Below, piece after piece: positions 1 through 14,400 of a stretch of 64,000 nt of DNA (positions within the stretch are counted from its first letter, which is position 1; each line of letters begins with the position of its first letter). The stretch is from the NCBI RefSeq assembly GCF_009914755.1, contig NC_060933.1; one strand, written 5' to 3'. The notes below the pieces were generated by a model, which did no database searches, was not told the DNA's origin, and saw only the letters and a program-made list of their open reading frames with translations. A program made the translations under genes and the position numbers. Source of the DNA: the human T2T-CHM13v2.0 reference genome, Homo sapiens.

Positions 1-415
1 TCGAATGGAATCGAATGGAATGGAATGCAATGGAATGGATTCAACTTGAATGGAATGGAAAGAATGGAATCAACACGAGTGGAATGGCATGGATTGGAAT
101 GGAATGGAATGGAATCAACCCGAGTACAGGGGAATGGAATGGAATGGAATGCAATGGAATGGAATCATCCGTAATGGAATGGAAAGGAATGGAATGGAAT
201 GGAATGGAATGGAATGGAATCAACTCCATTGCAATCGAATGGAATGGAATGGAATTAAACCGAATAGAATGGAATGGAATGGAATGGAACGGAACGGAAT
301 GGAATGGAATGGAATGGAATGGAACGGAAAGGAAGGGAATGGAATGGAATAGAATGGAATGGAATGGAATCAACGCGAGTGCAGGGGAATGGAATGGAAT
401 GGAATGCAATGGAAT

Positions 416-430
416 GGAATCTTCCGGAAT
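416..430. promoter_or_regulatory. Perfect three-unit heat shock element motif (representative of ~44 sites)
   Basis: gGAAtcTTCcgGAAt matches the HSF consensus nGAAnnTTCnnGAAn exactly. Motif match only; binding is not shown. Confidence 0.55.
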
Positions 431-760
431 GGAATGGAATGGAATGGAATGGAATGGAATGGAATGGAATCAACCCGAGTGCAATGGAATGGAGTGGAAT
501 GGAATGGAATGGAATGGAATGGAATGGAATGGAATGATACGGAATAGAATGGAATGGAACGAAATGGAATGGAATGGAATGGAATGGAATGGAATCGTTC
601 CGAGTGGAATAGGAGGGAATGTATTCGAGTGGAATGGAAAGGAATGGAATCAACCAGAGTGGAATGGAAGGGAATGGAATGGAATGGAAACTAATAGAAT
701 GGAATCAACCCGAGTGGAATGGAATGGAAAGGACTGGAATGGAATGGAATGGAATGGAAT

Positions 761-1400
761 CAACTCGATTGTAATGGAATGGAATGGAATGGAATGGAAT
801 GGAATGGAATGGAATGGAATTAACCCGAATACAATGCAATGGAATGGAATGGAACGGAATGGAGTGGAATGGAATGGAATCAACCCGAGTGCAGGGGAAT
901 GGAATGGAATGGAATGCAATGGAATGGAATCATCCGGAATGGAATGGAATGGAATGGAATGCAAAGCAATGGAGTCAACTCGATTGCAATGGAATGGAAT
1001 GGAGTGGAAAGGAATACATTGGAATCAACCCGAGTGTAATGGAATGGAAAGGACTGGAATGGAGTGGAATGGAATGGAATCAACTCGATTGTAATGGAAT
1101 GGAATGGAATGGAATGGAATGGAATGGAATGGAATTAACCCGAATACAATGCAATGGAATGGAATGGAACGGAATGGAGTGGAATGGAATGGAATCAACC
1201 CGAGTGCAGGGGAATGGAATGGAATGGAATACAATGGAATGGAATCATCCGGAATGGAATGGAATGGAATGGAATGCAAAGCAATGGAGTTAACTCGATT
1301 GCAATGGAATGGAATGGAGTGGAAAGGAATACATTGGAATCAACCCGAGTGTAATGGAATGGAAAGGACTGGAATGGAGTGGAATGGAATGGAATGGAAT
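761..1400 (+). repeat. ~315-bp tandem duplication (also at ~8440-9020 and ~15550-16130)
   Basis: Markers ACAATGCAAT, GGAGT(C/T)AACT, GGAGTGGAAAGGAATACATT and CCCGAGTGTAAT each occur twice, 315 bp apart (ORFs 839/1154, 8458/8773, 15568/15883). Confidence 0.85.
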
Positions 1401-1966
1401 GGAATGGAATCAACTCGATTGGAATGGAATGGAATGGAATGGAATGGAATGGAATGGATTGGAACGAAAAGGAATGGAATGGAATGGAATGGAATGGAAT
1501 GGAATGGAATGGAATGGAATCAACGCGAGTGCAGGGGAATGGAATGGAATGGAATGCAATGGAATGGAATCTTCCGGAATGGAATGGAATGGAATGGAAT
1601 GGAATGGAATGGAATCAACCCGAGTGCAATGGAATGGAGTGGAATGGAATGGAATGGAATGGAACAACCCGAATGGAATGGAATGTAATGGAGAGTAAGG
1701 GAGTTGAATAGAATCAATCCGAATGTAATGGAATGGAATGGAACGGAATGGAATTGAATGGAATGGAATGGAATGCAATGGCATGGAATCAACCCGAGTT
1801 CAATGGAATGGAGAGGAATGGAATGGAATGGAATGGAAACTACACGAATGGAATGGAATGTAATGGAGTGTAAGGGAATTGAACAGAATCAATCCGAATG
1901 TAATGGAATGGAATGGAACGGAATGGAATGGAATGGAATGGAATAGAATGGAATGCAATGAAATGG

Positions 1967-2126
1967 AATCAACCCGAGTGCAATCGAATGGAATCGAATG
2001 GAATGGAATGCAATGGAATGGATTCAACTTGAATGGAATGGAAAGAATGGAATCAACACGAGTGGAATGGCATGGATTGGAATGGAATGGAATGGAATCA
2101 ACCCGAGTACAGGGGAATGGAATGGA
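1967..2126 (+). repeat. pHuR98-like SatIII cassette (representative; ~44 copies of its core in the window)
   Basis: AATCAACCCGAGTGCAATCGAATGGAATCG...GGATTCAACTTGAAT...GGAAAGAAT...CAACACGAGT...GGCATGGATT...CCGAGTACAGGGGAATGG, ~160 bp. The core GGATTCAACTTGAAT (or a close variant) occurs at 37, 2020, 2534, 3678, 4921, 5899, 6838, 8007 ... 62200, 63058. The match to pHuR98 is from memory, not from a search. Confidence 0.65.
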
Positions 2127-3756
2127 ATGGAATGCAATGGAATGGAATCATCCGTAATGGAATGGAAAGGAATGGAATGGAATGGAATGGAATGGAATGG
2201 AATGGAATGGAATCAACTCCATTGCAATCGAATGGAATGGAATGGAATTAACCCGAATAGAATGGAATGGAATGGAATGGAACGGAACGGAATGGAGTGG
2301 AATGGAATGGAATGGAATGGAATGGAACAGAAAGGAAGGGAATGGAATGGAATAGAATGGAATGGAATGGAATCAACGCGAGTGCAGGGGAATGGAATGG
2401 AATGGAATGGAATGGAACGGAATGGAATGGAATGGAATGGAATGGAATGGAATGGAATGGAATGGAATGCAATGGAATGGAATCAACCCGAGTGCAATCG
2501 AATGGAATCGAATGGAATGGAATGCAATGGAATGGATTCAACTTGAATGGAATGGAAAGAATGGAATCAACACGAGTGGAATGGCATGGATTGGAATGGA
2601 ATGGAATGGAATCAACCCAAGTACAGGGGAAAGGAATGGAATGGAATGCAATGGAATGGAATCATCCGTAATGGAATGGAAAAGAATGGAATGGAATGGA
2701 ATGGAATGGAATGGAATGGAATCAACTCGATTGCAATCGAATGGAATGGAATGGAATTAACCCGAATAGAATGGAATGGAATGGAATGGAACGGAACGGA
2801 ATGGAATGGAATGGAATGGAATGGAACGGAACGGAATGGAATGGAATGGAATGGAACGGAACGGAATGGATTGGAATGGAATGGAATGGAATGGAATGGA
2901 ATGGAATGATACGGAATAGAATGGAATGGAACGAAATGGAATGGAATGGAATGGAATGGAATGGAATGGAATGGAAAGGAATCGTTCTGAGTGGAATAGG
3001 AGGGAATGTATTCGAGTGGAATGGAAAGGAATGGAAAAAACCTGAGTGGAATGGAAGGGAATGGAATGGAATGGAAACTAATAGAATGGAATCAACCCGA
3101 GTGGAATGGAATGGAAAGGACTGGAATGGAATGGAATGGAATGGAATGGAATCAAATCGACTGTAATGGAATGGAATGGAATGGAATGGAATGGAATGGA
3201 ATGGAATGGAATGGAATTAACCCAAATACAATGGAATGGAATGGAATGGAACGGAATGGAGTGGAATGGAATGGAATCAACCCGAGTGCAGGGGAATGGA
3301 ATGGAATGGAATGCAATGGAATGGAATCATCCGGAATGGAATGGAATGGAATGGAATGCAAAGCAATGGAATCAACTCGATTGCAATGGAATGGAATGGA
3401 ATGGAAAGGAATACATTGGAATCAACACGAGTGGAATGGAATGGAAAGGACTGGAATGGAGTGGAATGGAATGGAATGGAATGGAATGGAAACAACTCGA
3501 TTGGAATGGAATGGAATGGAATGGAATGGAATGGAATGGAATGGAATGGAATTAATCCGAATAGAATGGAATGGAATGGAATGGAACGGAACGGAATGGA
3601 ATGGATTGGAATGGAATGGAATGGAATGGAAACAACCCGACTGCAGGGGAATGGAATGGAATGGAATGCAATGGAATGGATTCAACTTGAATGGAATGGA
3701 AAGAATGGAATCAACACGAGTGGAATGGCATGGATTGGAATGGAATGGAATGGAAT

Positions 3757-3975
3757 CAACACGAGTACAGGGGAATGGAATGGAATGGAATGCAATGGAA
3801 TGGAATCATCCGTAATGGAATGGAAAGCAATGGAATGGAATGGAATGGAATGGAAAGGAATGGAATGAACACGAGTACAGGGGAATGGAATGGAATGGAA
3901 TGCAATGGAATGGAATCATCCGTAATGGAATGGAAAGCAATGGAATGGAATGGAATGGAATGGAATGGAATGGAA
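3757..3975 (+). repeat. 110-bp tandem duplication (also 10862-11080; absent from copy 3)
   Basis: (C/G)AACACGAGTACAGGGG...CATCCGTAATGGAATGGAAAGCAAT at 3757 and 3867, and at 10862 and 10972. Only one copy at ~18476. Confidence 0.85.
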
Positions 3976-6692
3976 TGGAACTCAACTCGATTGCAATCGA
4001 ATGGAATGGAATGGAATTAACCAGAATAGAATGGAGTGGAATGGAATGGAATGGAACGGAACGGCATGGAATGGAATGGAATGGAATGGAATGGAACGGA
4101 ACAGAACGGAATGGATGGAATGGAATGGAATGGAATGGAATGGAATCAACGCGAGTGCAGGGGAATGGAATGGAGTGGAATGCAATGGAATGGAATCTTC
4201 CGGAATGGAATGGAATGGAATGGAATGGAATGAACTGCAATGGATTCAACTCGATTGCAATGGAATGGAATAGAATGGAATGGAATGGAATGGAATGGAA
4301 TTAACCCGAATAGAATGGAATGGAATGGAATGGAACGGAATGGAACGGAATGGAATGGAATGGAATGGAATGGAATGGTATCGAATGGAATGGAATGGTA
4401 CTGAATAGAATGGAATGGAACGAATTGTAATGGAATGGAACTGAATGGAATGGAATGGAATGGAATGGAATCAACGCGAGTGCAGGGGAATGTAATGGAA
4501 CGGAATGCAATGGAATGGAATCATCCGGAATGGAATGGAATGGAATGGAATGGAATGGAATCAACCCGAGTGCAATGGAATGGAGTGGAATGGAATGGAA
4601 TAGAATGGAACAACCCGAATGGAATGGAATGTAATGGAGAGTAAGGGAGTTGAATAGAATCAATCCGAATGTAATGGAATGGAATGCAACGGAATGGAAT
4701 GGAATGGAATGGAATGGAATGGAATGGAATGGAATGCAAAGGAATGGAATCAACCCGAGTGGAATGGCATGGAATGGAATGCAATGGAATGGAATGGAAT
4801 GGAATCAACTCGAGTGGAAAGGAATGGAATGGAATGGAATGGAATGGAATGGAATGCAATGCCATGGAATCAACCCGAGTGCAATAGAATGGAATCGAAT
4901 GGAATGGAATGCAATGGAATGGATTCAACTTGAATGGAATGGAAAGAATGGAATCAACACGAGTGGAATGGCATGGATTGGAATGGAATGGAATGGAATC
5001 AACCCGAGTACAGGGGAATGGAATGGAATGGAATGCAATGGAATGGAATCATCCGTAATGGAATGGAAAGGAATGGAATGGAATGGAATGGAATGGAATG
5101 GAATGGAATGGAATCAACTCGATTGCAATCGAATGGAATGGAATGGAATTAACCCGAAAAGAATGGAATGGAATGGAATGGAATGCAACGGAACGGAATG
5201 GAATGGAATGGAACGGAACGGAACGGAATGGAATGGAATGGAATGGAATCAACGCGAGTGTAGGGGAATGGAATGGAATGCAATGGAATGGAATCTTCCG
5301 GAATGGAATGGAATGGAATGGAATGGAATGAAATGCAATGGATTCAACTCGATTGCAATGGAATGGAATAGAATGGAATGGAATGGAATGGAATGGAATG
5401 GAATTAACCCGCATAGAATGGAATGGAATGGAATGGAATGGAATGGAATTAATTCGAATAGAATGGAATGGAATGGAATGGAACGGAATGGAACAGAATG
5501 GAATGGTACGGAATAGAATGGAATGGAACGAATTGTAATGGAATGGAATTGAATGGAATGGAATGGAATGGAATGTAATCAACACGAGTGCAGGGGAATG
5601 TAATGAAACGGAATGCAATGGAATGGAATCATCCGGAATGGAATGGAATGGAATGGAATGGAATGGAATCAACCCCAGTGCAATGGAATGGAGTGGAATG
5701 GAATGGAATGGAATGGAACAACCCGAATGGAATGGAATGTAATGGAGAGTAAGGGAGTTGAATAGAATCAATCGGAATGTAATGGAATGGAATGCATCGG
5801 AATGGAATGGAATGGAATGGAATGGAATGGAATGCAATGGAATTGAATCAACCCGAGTGCAATAGAATGGAATCGAAAGGAATGGAATGCAATGGAATGG
5901 ATTCAACTTGAATGGAATGGAAAGAATGGAATCAACACGAGTGGAATGGCATGGATTGGAATGGAATGGAATGGAATCAACCCGAGTACAGGGGAATTGA
6001 ATGGAATGGAATGCAATGGAATGGAATCATCCGTAATGGAATGGAAAAGAATGGAATGGAATGGAATGGAATGGAATGGAATGGAATGGAATCAACTCGA
6101 TTGCAATCGAATGGAATGGAATGGAATTAACCCTAATAGAATGGAATGGAATGGAATGGAATGGAACGGAACGGAATGGAATGGAATGGAATGGAATGCA
6201 ACGGAACGGAATGGAATGGAATGGAATGGAATGGAATGGAATCAACGCGAGTGCAGGGGAATGGAATGGAATGGAATGCAATGGAATGGAATCTTCCGGA
6301 ATGGAATGGAATGGAATGAAATGCAATGGATTCAACTCGATTGCAATGGAATGGAATAGAATGGAATGGAATGGAATGGAATTAATCCGAATAGAATGGA
6401 ATGGAATGGAATGGAACGGAATGGAACGGAATGGAATGGAATGGAATGGAATGGAATGGAATGGAATGGAATGGAATGGTATGGAATAGAATGGAATGGA
6501 ACGAATTGTAATGGAATGGAATTGAATGGAATGGAATGGAATGGATTGGAATCAACGCGAGTGCAGGGGAATGTAATGGAACGGAATGCAATGGAATGTA
6601 ATCATCCGGAATGGAATGGAATGGAATGGAATGGAATGGAATGGAATCAACCCGAGTGCAGGGGAATGGAATGGAATGGAATGCAATGGAAT

Positions 6693-6707
6693 GGAATATT
6701 CCGGAAT
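6693..6707. promoter_or_regulatory. HSE motif variant gGAAtaTTCcgGAAt (also 13803, 21292, 30012)
   Basis: Consensus GAA/TTC/GAA intact. It contains palindromes GAATATTC and ATTCCGGAAT. Confidence 0.5.
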
Positions 6708-8439
6708 GGAATGGAATGGAATGGAATGGAATGGAATGGAACGGAATGGAATGGAATGGAATGGAATGGAATGCAATGGAATGGAATCAACCCGAGTGCA
6801 ATCGAATGGAATCGAAAGGAATGGAATGCAATGGAATGGATTCAACTTGAATGGAATGGAAAGAATGGAATCAACACGAGTGGAAGGTCATGGATTGGAA
6901 TGGAATGGAATGGAATCAACCCGAGTACAGGGGAATGGAATGGAATGGAATGCAATGGAATGGAATAATCCGTAATGGAATGGAAAGGAATGGAATGGAA
7001 TGGAATGGAATGGAATGGAATGGAATGGAATCAACTCGATTGCAATCGAATGGAATGGAATGGAATTAACCCGAATAGAATGGAATGGAATGGAATGGAA
7101 CGGAATGGAATGGAATGGAATGGAATGGAATGGAATGGAACGGAACGGAATGGAATGGAATGGAATGGAATGGAATGGAATGGAATGGAATGGAATTTAA
7201 TGATACGGAATAGAATGGAATGGAACGAAATGGAATGGAATGGAATGGAATGGAATGGAATGGAATGGAATGGAATGGAATGGAATCGTTCCGAGTGGAA
7301 TAGGAGGGAATGTATTCGAGTGGAATGGAAAGGAATGGTATCAACCAGAGTGGAATGGAAGGGAATGGAATGGAATGGAAACTAATAGAATGGAATCAGC
7401 CCGAGTGGAATGGAATGGAAAGGACTGGAATGGAATGGAATAGAATGGAATCAACTCGATTGTAATGGAATGGAATGGAATGGAATGGAATGGAATGGAA
7501 TGGAATGGAATTAACCCGAATACAATGGAATGGAATAGAATGGAACGGAATGGAGTGGAATGGAATGGAATCAACCCGAGTGCAGGGGAATGGAATGGAA
7601 TGGAATGCAATGGAATGGAATCATCCGGAATGGAATGGAATGGAATGGAATGCAAAGCAATGGAATCAACTCGATTGCAATGGAATGGAATGGAATGGAA
7701 AGGAATACATTGGAATCAACCCGAGTGGAATGGAATGGAAAGGACTGGAATGGAGTGGAATGGAATGGAATGGAATGGAATCAACTCGATTGGAATGGAA
7801 TGGAATGGAATGGAATGGAATTAACCCGAATAGAATGGAATGGAATGGAATGGAACGGAACGGAATGGAATGGAATGGAATGGAATGGAATGGAATGGAA
7901 TGGAATCACCCCGAATGCAGGGGAATGGAATGGAATGGAATGGAATGGAATGGAATGGAATCAACCCGACTGCAGGGGAATGGAATGGAATGGAATGCAA
8001 TGGAATGGATTCAACTTGAATGGAATGGAAAGAATGGAATCAACACTAGTGGAATGGCATGGATTGGAATGGAATGGAATGGAATCAAACCGAGTACAGG
8101 GGAATGGAATGGAATGGAATGCAATGGAATGGAATCATCTGTAATGGAATGGAAAGGAATGGAATGGAATGGAATAGAATGGAATGGAATCAACTCGATT
8201 GCAATCGAATGGAATGGAATGGAATTAACCCGAATAGAATGGAATGGAATGGAATGGAACGGAAAGGAATGGAATGGAATGGAATGGAACGGAACGGAAC
8301 GGAATGGATGGAATGGAATGGAATGGAATGGAATGGAATCAACGCGAGTGCAGGGGAATGGAATGGAATGGAATGCAATGGAATGGAATCTTCCGGAATG
8401 GAATGGAATGGAATGGAATGGAATGGAATGGAATGGAAT

Positions 8440-11400
8440 TAACCCGAATACAATGCAATGGAATGGAATGGAACGGAATGGAGTGGAATGGAATGGAATC
8501 AACCCGAGTGCAGGGGAATGGAATGGAATGGAATGCAATGGAATGGAATCATCCGGAATGGAATGGAATGGAATGGAATGCAAAGCAATGGAGTCAACTC
8601 GATTGCAATGGAATGGAATGGAGTGGAAAGGAATACATTGGAATCAACCCGAGTGTAATGGAATGGAAAGGACTGGAATGGAGTGGAATGGAATGGAATC
8701 AACTCGATTGTAATGGAATGGAATGGAATGGAATGGAATGGAATGGAATGGAATTAACCCGAATACAATGCAATGGAATGGAATGGAACGGAATGGAGTG
8801 GAATGGAATGGAATCAACCCGAGTGCAGGGGAATGGAATGGAATGGAATACAATGGAATGGAATCATCCGGAATGGAATGGAATGGAATGGAATGCAAAG
8901 CAATGGAGTTAACTCGATTGCAATGGAATGGAATGGAGTGGAAAGGAATACATTGGAATCAACCCGAGTGTAATGGAATGGAAAGGACTGGAATGGAGTG
9001 GAATGGAATGGAATGGAATGGAATGGAATCAACTCGATTGGAATGGAATGGAATGGAATGGAATGGAATGGAATGGATTGGAACGAAAAGGAATGGAATG
9101 GAATGGAATGGAATGGAATGGAATGGAATGGAATGGAATCAACGCGAGTGCAGGGGAATGGAATGGAATGGAATGCAATGGAATGGAATCTTCCGGAATG
9201 GAATGGAATGGAATGGAATGGAATGGAATGGAATCAACCCGAGTGCAATGGAATGGAGTGGAATGGAATGGAATGGAATGGAACAACCCGAATGGAATGG
9301 AATGTAATGGAGAGTAAGGGAGTTGAATAGAATCAATCCGAATGTAATGGAATGGAATGGAACGGAATGGAATTGAATGGAATGGAATGGAATGCAATGG
9401 CATGGAATCAACCCGAGTTCAATGGAATGGAGAGGAATGGAATGGAATGGAATGGAAACTACACGAATGGAATGGAATGTAATGGAGTGTAAGGGAATTG
9501 AACAGAATCAATCCGAATGTAATGGAATGGAATGGAACGGAATGGAATGGAATGGAATGGAATAGAATGGAATGCAATGAAATGGAATCAACCCGAGTGC
9601 AATCGAATGGAATCGAATGGAATGGAATGCAATGGAATGGATTCAACTTGAATGGAATGGAAAGAATGGAATCAACACGAGTGGAATGGCATGGATTGGA
9701 ATGGAATGGAATGGAATCAACCCAAGTACAGGGGAAAGGAATGGAATGGAATGCAATGGAATGGAATCATCCGTAATGGAATGGAAAAGAATGGAATGGA
9801 ATGGAATGGAATGGAATGGAATGGAATCAACTCGATTGCAATCGAATGGAATGGAATGGAATTAACCCGAATAGAATGGAATGGAATGGAATGGAACGGA
9901 ACGGAATGGAATGGAATGGAATGGAATGGAACGGAACGGAATGGAATGGAATGGAATGGAACGGAACGGAATGGATTGGAATGGAATGGAATGGAATGGA
10001 ATGGAATGGAATGATACGGAATAGAATGGAATGGAACGAAATGGAATGGAATGGAATGGAATGGAATGGAATGGAATGGAAAGGAATCGTTCTGAGTGGA
10101 ATAGGAGGGAATGTATTCGAGTGGAATGGAAAGGAATGGAAAAAACCTGAGTGGAATGGAAGGGAATGGAATGGAATGGAAACTAATAGAATGGAATCAA
10201 CCCGAGTGGAATGGAATGGAAAGGACTGGAATGGAATGGAATGGAATGGAATGGAATCAAATCGACTGTAATGGAATGGAATGGAATGGAATGGAATGGA
10301 ATGGAATGGAATGGAATGGAATTAACCCAAATACAATGGAATGGAATGGAATGGAACGGAATGGAGTGGAATGGAATGGAATCAACCCGAGTGCAGGGGA
10401 ATGGAATGGAATGGAATGCAATGGAATGGAATCATCCGGAATGGAATGGAATGGAATGGAATGCAAAGCAATGGAATCAACTCGATTGCAATGGAATGGA
10501 ATGGAATGGAAAGGAATACATTGGAATCAACACGAGTGGAATGGAATGGAAAGGACTGGAATGGAGTGGAATGGAATGGAATGGAATGGAATGGAAACAA
10601 CTCGATTGGAATGGAATGGAATGGAATGGAATGGAATGGAATGGAATGGAATGGAATTAATCCGAATAGAATGGAATGGAATGGAATGGAACGGAACGGA
10701 ATGGAATGGATTGGAATGGAATGGAATGGAATGGAAACAACCCGACTGCAGGGTAATGGAATGGAATGGAATGCAATGGAATGGATTCAACTTGAATGGA
10801 ATGGAAAGAATGGAATCAACACGAGTGGAATGGCATGGATTGGAATGGAATGGAATGGAATCAACACGAGTACAGGGGAATGGAATGGAATGGAATGCAA
10901 TGGAATGGAATCATCCGTAATGGAATGGAAAGCAATGGAATGGAATGGAATGGAATGGAAAGGAATGGAATGAACACGAGTACAGGGGAATGGAATGGAA
11001 TGGAATGCAATGGAATGGAATCATCCGTAATGGAATGGAAAGCAATGGAATGGAATGGAATGGAATGGAATGGAATGGAATGGAACTCAACTCGATTGCA
11101 ATCGAATGGAATGGAATGGAATTAACCAGAATAGAATGGAGTGGAATGGAATGGAATGGAACGGAACGGCATGGAATGGAATGGAATGGAATGGAATGGA
11201 ACGGAACAGAACGGAATGGATGGAATGGAATGGAATGGAATGGAATGGAATCAACGCGAGTGCAGGGGAATGGAATGGAGTGGAATGCAATGGAATGGAA
11301 TCTTCCGGAATGGAATGGAATGGAATGGAATGGAATGAACTGCAATGGATTCAACTCGATTGCAATGGAATGGAATAGAATGGAATGGAATGGAATGGAA

Positions 11401-14400
11401 TGGAATTAACCCGAATAGAATGGAATGGAATGGAATGGAACGGAATGGAACGGAATGGAATGGAATGGAATGGAATGGAATGGTATCGAATGGAATGGAA
11501 TGGTACTGAATAGAATGGAATGGAACGAATTGTAATGGAATGGAACTGAATGGAATGGAATGGAATGGAATGGAATCAACGCGAGTGCAGGGGAATGTAA
11601 TGGAACGGAATGCAATGGAATGGAATCATCCGGAATGGAATGGAATGGAATGGAATGGAATGGAATCAACCCGAGTGCAATGGAATGGAGTGGAATGGAA
11701 TGGAATAGAATGGAACAACCCGAATGGAATGGAATGTAATGGAGAGTAAGGGAGTTGAATAGAATCAATCCGAATGTAATGGAATGGAATGCAACGGAAT
11801 GGAATGGAATGGAATGGAATGGAATGGAATGGAATGGAATGGAATGCAAAGGAATGGAATCAACCCGAGTGGAATGGCATGGAATGGAATGCAATGGAAT
11901 GGAATGGAATGGAATCAACTCGAGTGGAAAGGAATGGAATGGAATGGAATGGAATGGAATGGAATGCAATGCCATGGAATCAACCCGAGTGCAATAGAAT
12001 GGAATCGAATGGAATGGAATGCAATGGAATGGATTCAACTTGAATGGAATGGAAAGAATGGAATCAACACGAGTGGAATGGCATGGATTGGAATGGAATG
12101 GAATGGAATCAACCCGAGTACAGGGGAATGGAATGGAATGGAATGCAATGGAATGGAATCATCCGTAATGGAATGGAAAGGAATGGAATGGAATGGAATG
12201 GAATGGAATGGAATGGAATGGAATCAACTCGATTGCAATCGAATGGAATGGAATGGAATTAACCCGAAAAGAATGGAATGGAATGGAATGGAATGCAACG
12301 GAACGGAATGGAATGGAATGGAACGGAACGGAACGGAATGGAATGGAATGGAATGGAATCAACGCGAGTGTAGGGGAATGGAATGGAATGCAATGGAATG
12401 GAATCTTCCGGAATGGAATGGAATGGAATGGAATGGAATGAAATGCAATGGATTCAACTCGATTGCAATGGAATGGAATAGAATGGAATGGAATGGAATG
12501 GAATGGAATGGAATTAACCCGCATAGAATGGAATGGAATGGAATGGAATGGAATGGAATTAATTCGAATAGAATGGAATGGAATGGAATGGAACGGAATG
12601 GAACAGAATGGAATGGTACGGAATAGAATGGAATGGAACGAATTGTAATGGAATGGAATTGAATGGAATGGAATGGAATGGAATGTAATCAACACGAGTG
12701 CAGGGGAATGTAATGAAACGGAATGCAATGGAATGGAATCATCCGGAATGGAATGGAATGGAATGGAATGGAATGGAATCAACCCCAGTGCAATGGAATG
12801 GAGTGGAATGGAATGGAATGGAATGGAACAACCCGAATGGAATGGAATGTAATGGAGAGTAAGGGAGTTGAATAGAATCAATCGGAATGTAATGGAATGG
12901 AATGCAACGGAATGGAATGGAATGGAATGGAATGGAATGGAATGCAATGGAATTGAATCAACCCGAGTGCAATAGAATGGAATCGAAAGGAATGGAATGC
13001 AATGGAATGGATTCAACTTGAATGGAATGGAAAGAATGGAATCAACACGAGTGGAATGGCATGGATTGGAATGGAATGGAATGGAATCAACCCGAGTACA
13101 GGGGAATTGAATGGAATGGAATGCAATGGAATGGAATCATCCGTAATGGAATGGAAAAGAATGGAATGGAATGGAATGGAATGGAATGGAATGGAATGGA
13201 ATCAACTCGATTGCAATCGAATGGAATGGAATGGAATTAACCCTAATAGAATGGAATGGAATGGAATGGAATGGAACGGAACGGAATGGAATGGAATGGA
13301 ATGGAATGCAACGGAACGGAATGGAATGGAATGGAATGGAATGGAATGGAATCAACGCGAGTGCAGGGGAATGGAATGGAATGGAATGCAATGGAATGGA
13401 ATCTTCCGGAATGGAATGGAATGGAATGAAATGCAATGGATTCAACTCGATTGCAATGGAATGGAATAGAATGGAATGGAATGGAATGGAATTAATCCGA
13501 ATAGAATGGAATGGAATGGAATGGAACGGAATGGAACGGAATGGAATGGAATGGAATGGAATGGAATGGAATGGAATGGAATGGAATGGTATGGAATAGA
13601 ATGGAATGGAACGAATTGTAATGGAATGGAATTGAATGGAATGGAATGGAATGGATTGGAATCAACGCGAGTGCAGGGGAATGTAATGGAACGGAATGCA
13701 ATGGAATGTAATCATCCGGAATGGAATGGAATGGAATGGAATGGAATGGAATGGAATCAACCCGAGTGCAGGGGAATGGAATGGAATGGAATGCAATGGA
13801 ATGGAATATTCCGGAATGGAATGGAATGGAATGGAATGGAATGGAATGGAACGGAATGGAATGGAATGGAATGGAATGGAATGCAATGGAATGGAATCAA
13901 CCCGAGTGCAATCGAATGGAATCGAAAGGAATGGAATGCAATGGAATGGATTCAACTTGAATGGAATGGAAAGAATGGAATCAACACGAGTGGAAGGTCA
14001 TGGATTGGAATGGAATGGAATGGAATCAACCCGAGTACAGGGGAATGGAATGGAATGGAATGCAATGGAATGGAATAATCCGTAATGGAATGGAAAGGAA
14101 TGGAATGGAATGGAATGGAATGGAATGGAATGGAATGGAATCAACTCGATTGCAATCGAATGGAATGGAATGGAATTAACCCGAATAGAATGGAATGGAA
14201 TGGAATGGAACGGAATGGAATGGAATGGAATGGAATGGAATGGAATGGAACGGAACGGAATGGAATGGAATGGAATGGAATGGAATGGAATGGAATGGAA
14301 TGGAATTTAATGATACGGAATAGAATGGAATGGAACGAAATGGAATGGAATGGAATGGAATGGAATGGAATGGAATGGAATGGAATGGAATGGAATCGTT

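Larger units (their letters stand above)
821..8439 (+). repeat. Higher-order unit family 1, copy 1 (7619 bp)
   Basis: Marker TAACCCGAATACAATGCAAT at 821, 8440 and 15550. Identical ORF translations recur at offsets 7619 (1104->8723), 7105 (3006->10111) and 7110 (7475->14585). Confidence 0.9.

Noticed and set aside
380-390. G-quadruplex at CAGGGG motifs
   Set aside because: The G4 runs are isolated and usually over 100 bp apart. GG doublets of the pentamer do not meet a canonical three-tier pattern.
1690-1720. GAGTAAG / AGGAGG read as splice donor or Shine-Dalgarno signals
   Set aside because: Short chance matches inside repeated satellite cassettes, with no acceptor or polypyrimidine tract on this strand and no coding context.
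4808-4815. Short palindromes (ACTCGAGT, TTCCGGAA) as hairpins, terminators or STAT sites
   Set aside because: Only 8-10 bp with no loop or U-tract. TTCCGGAA has 2-bp spacing rather than the canonical TTCnnnGAA GAS, and is better explained as part of the HSE-like motif.
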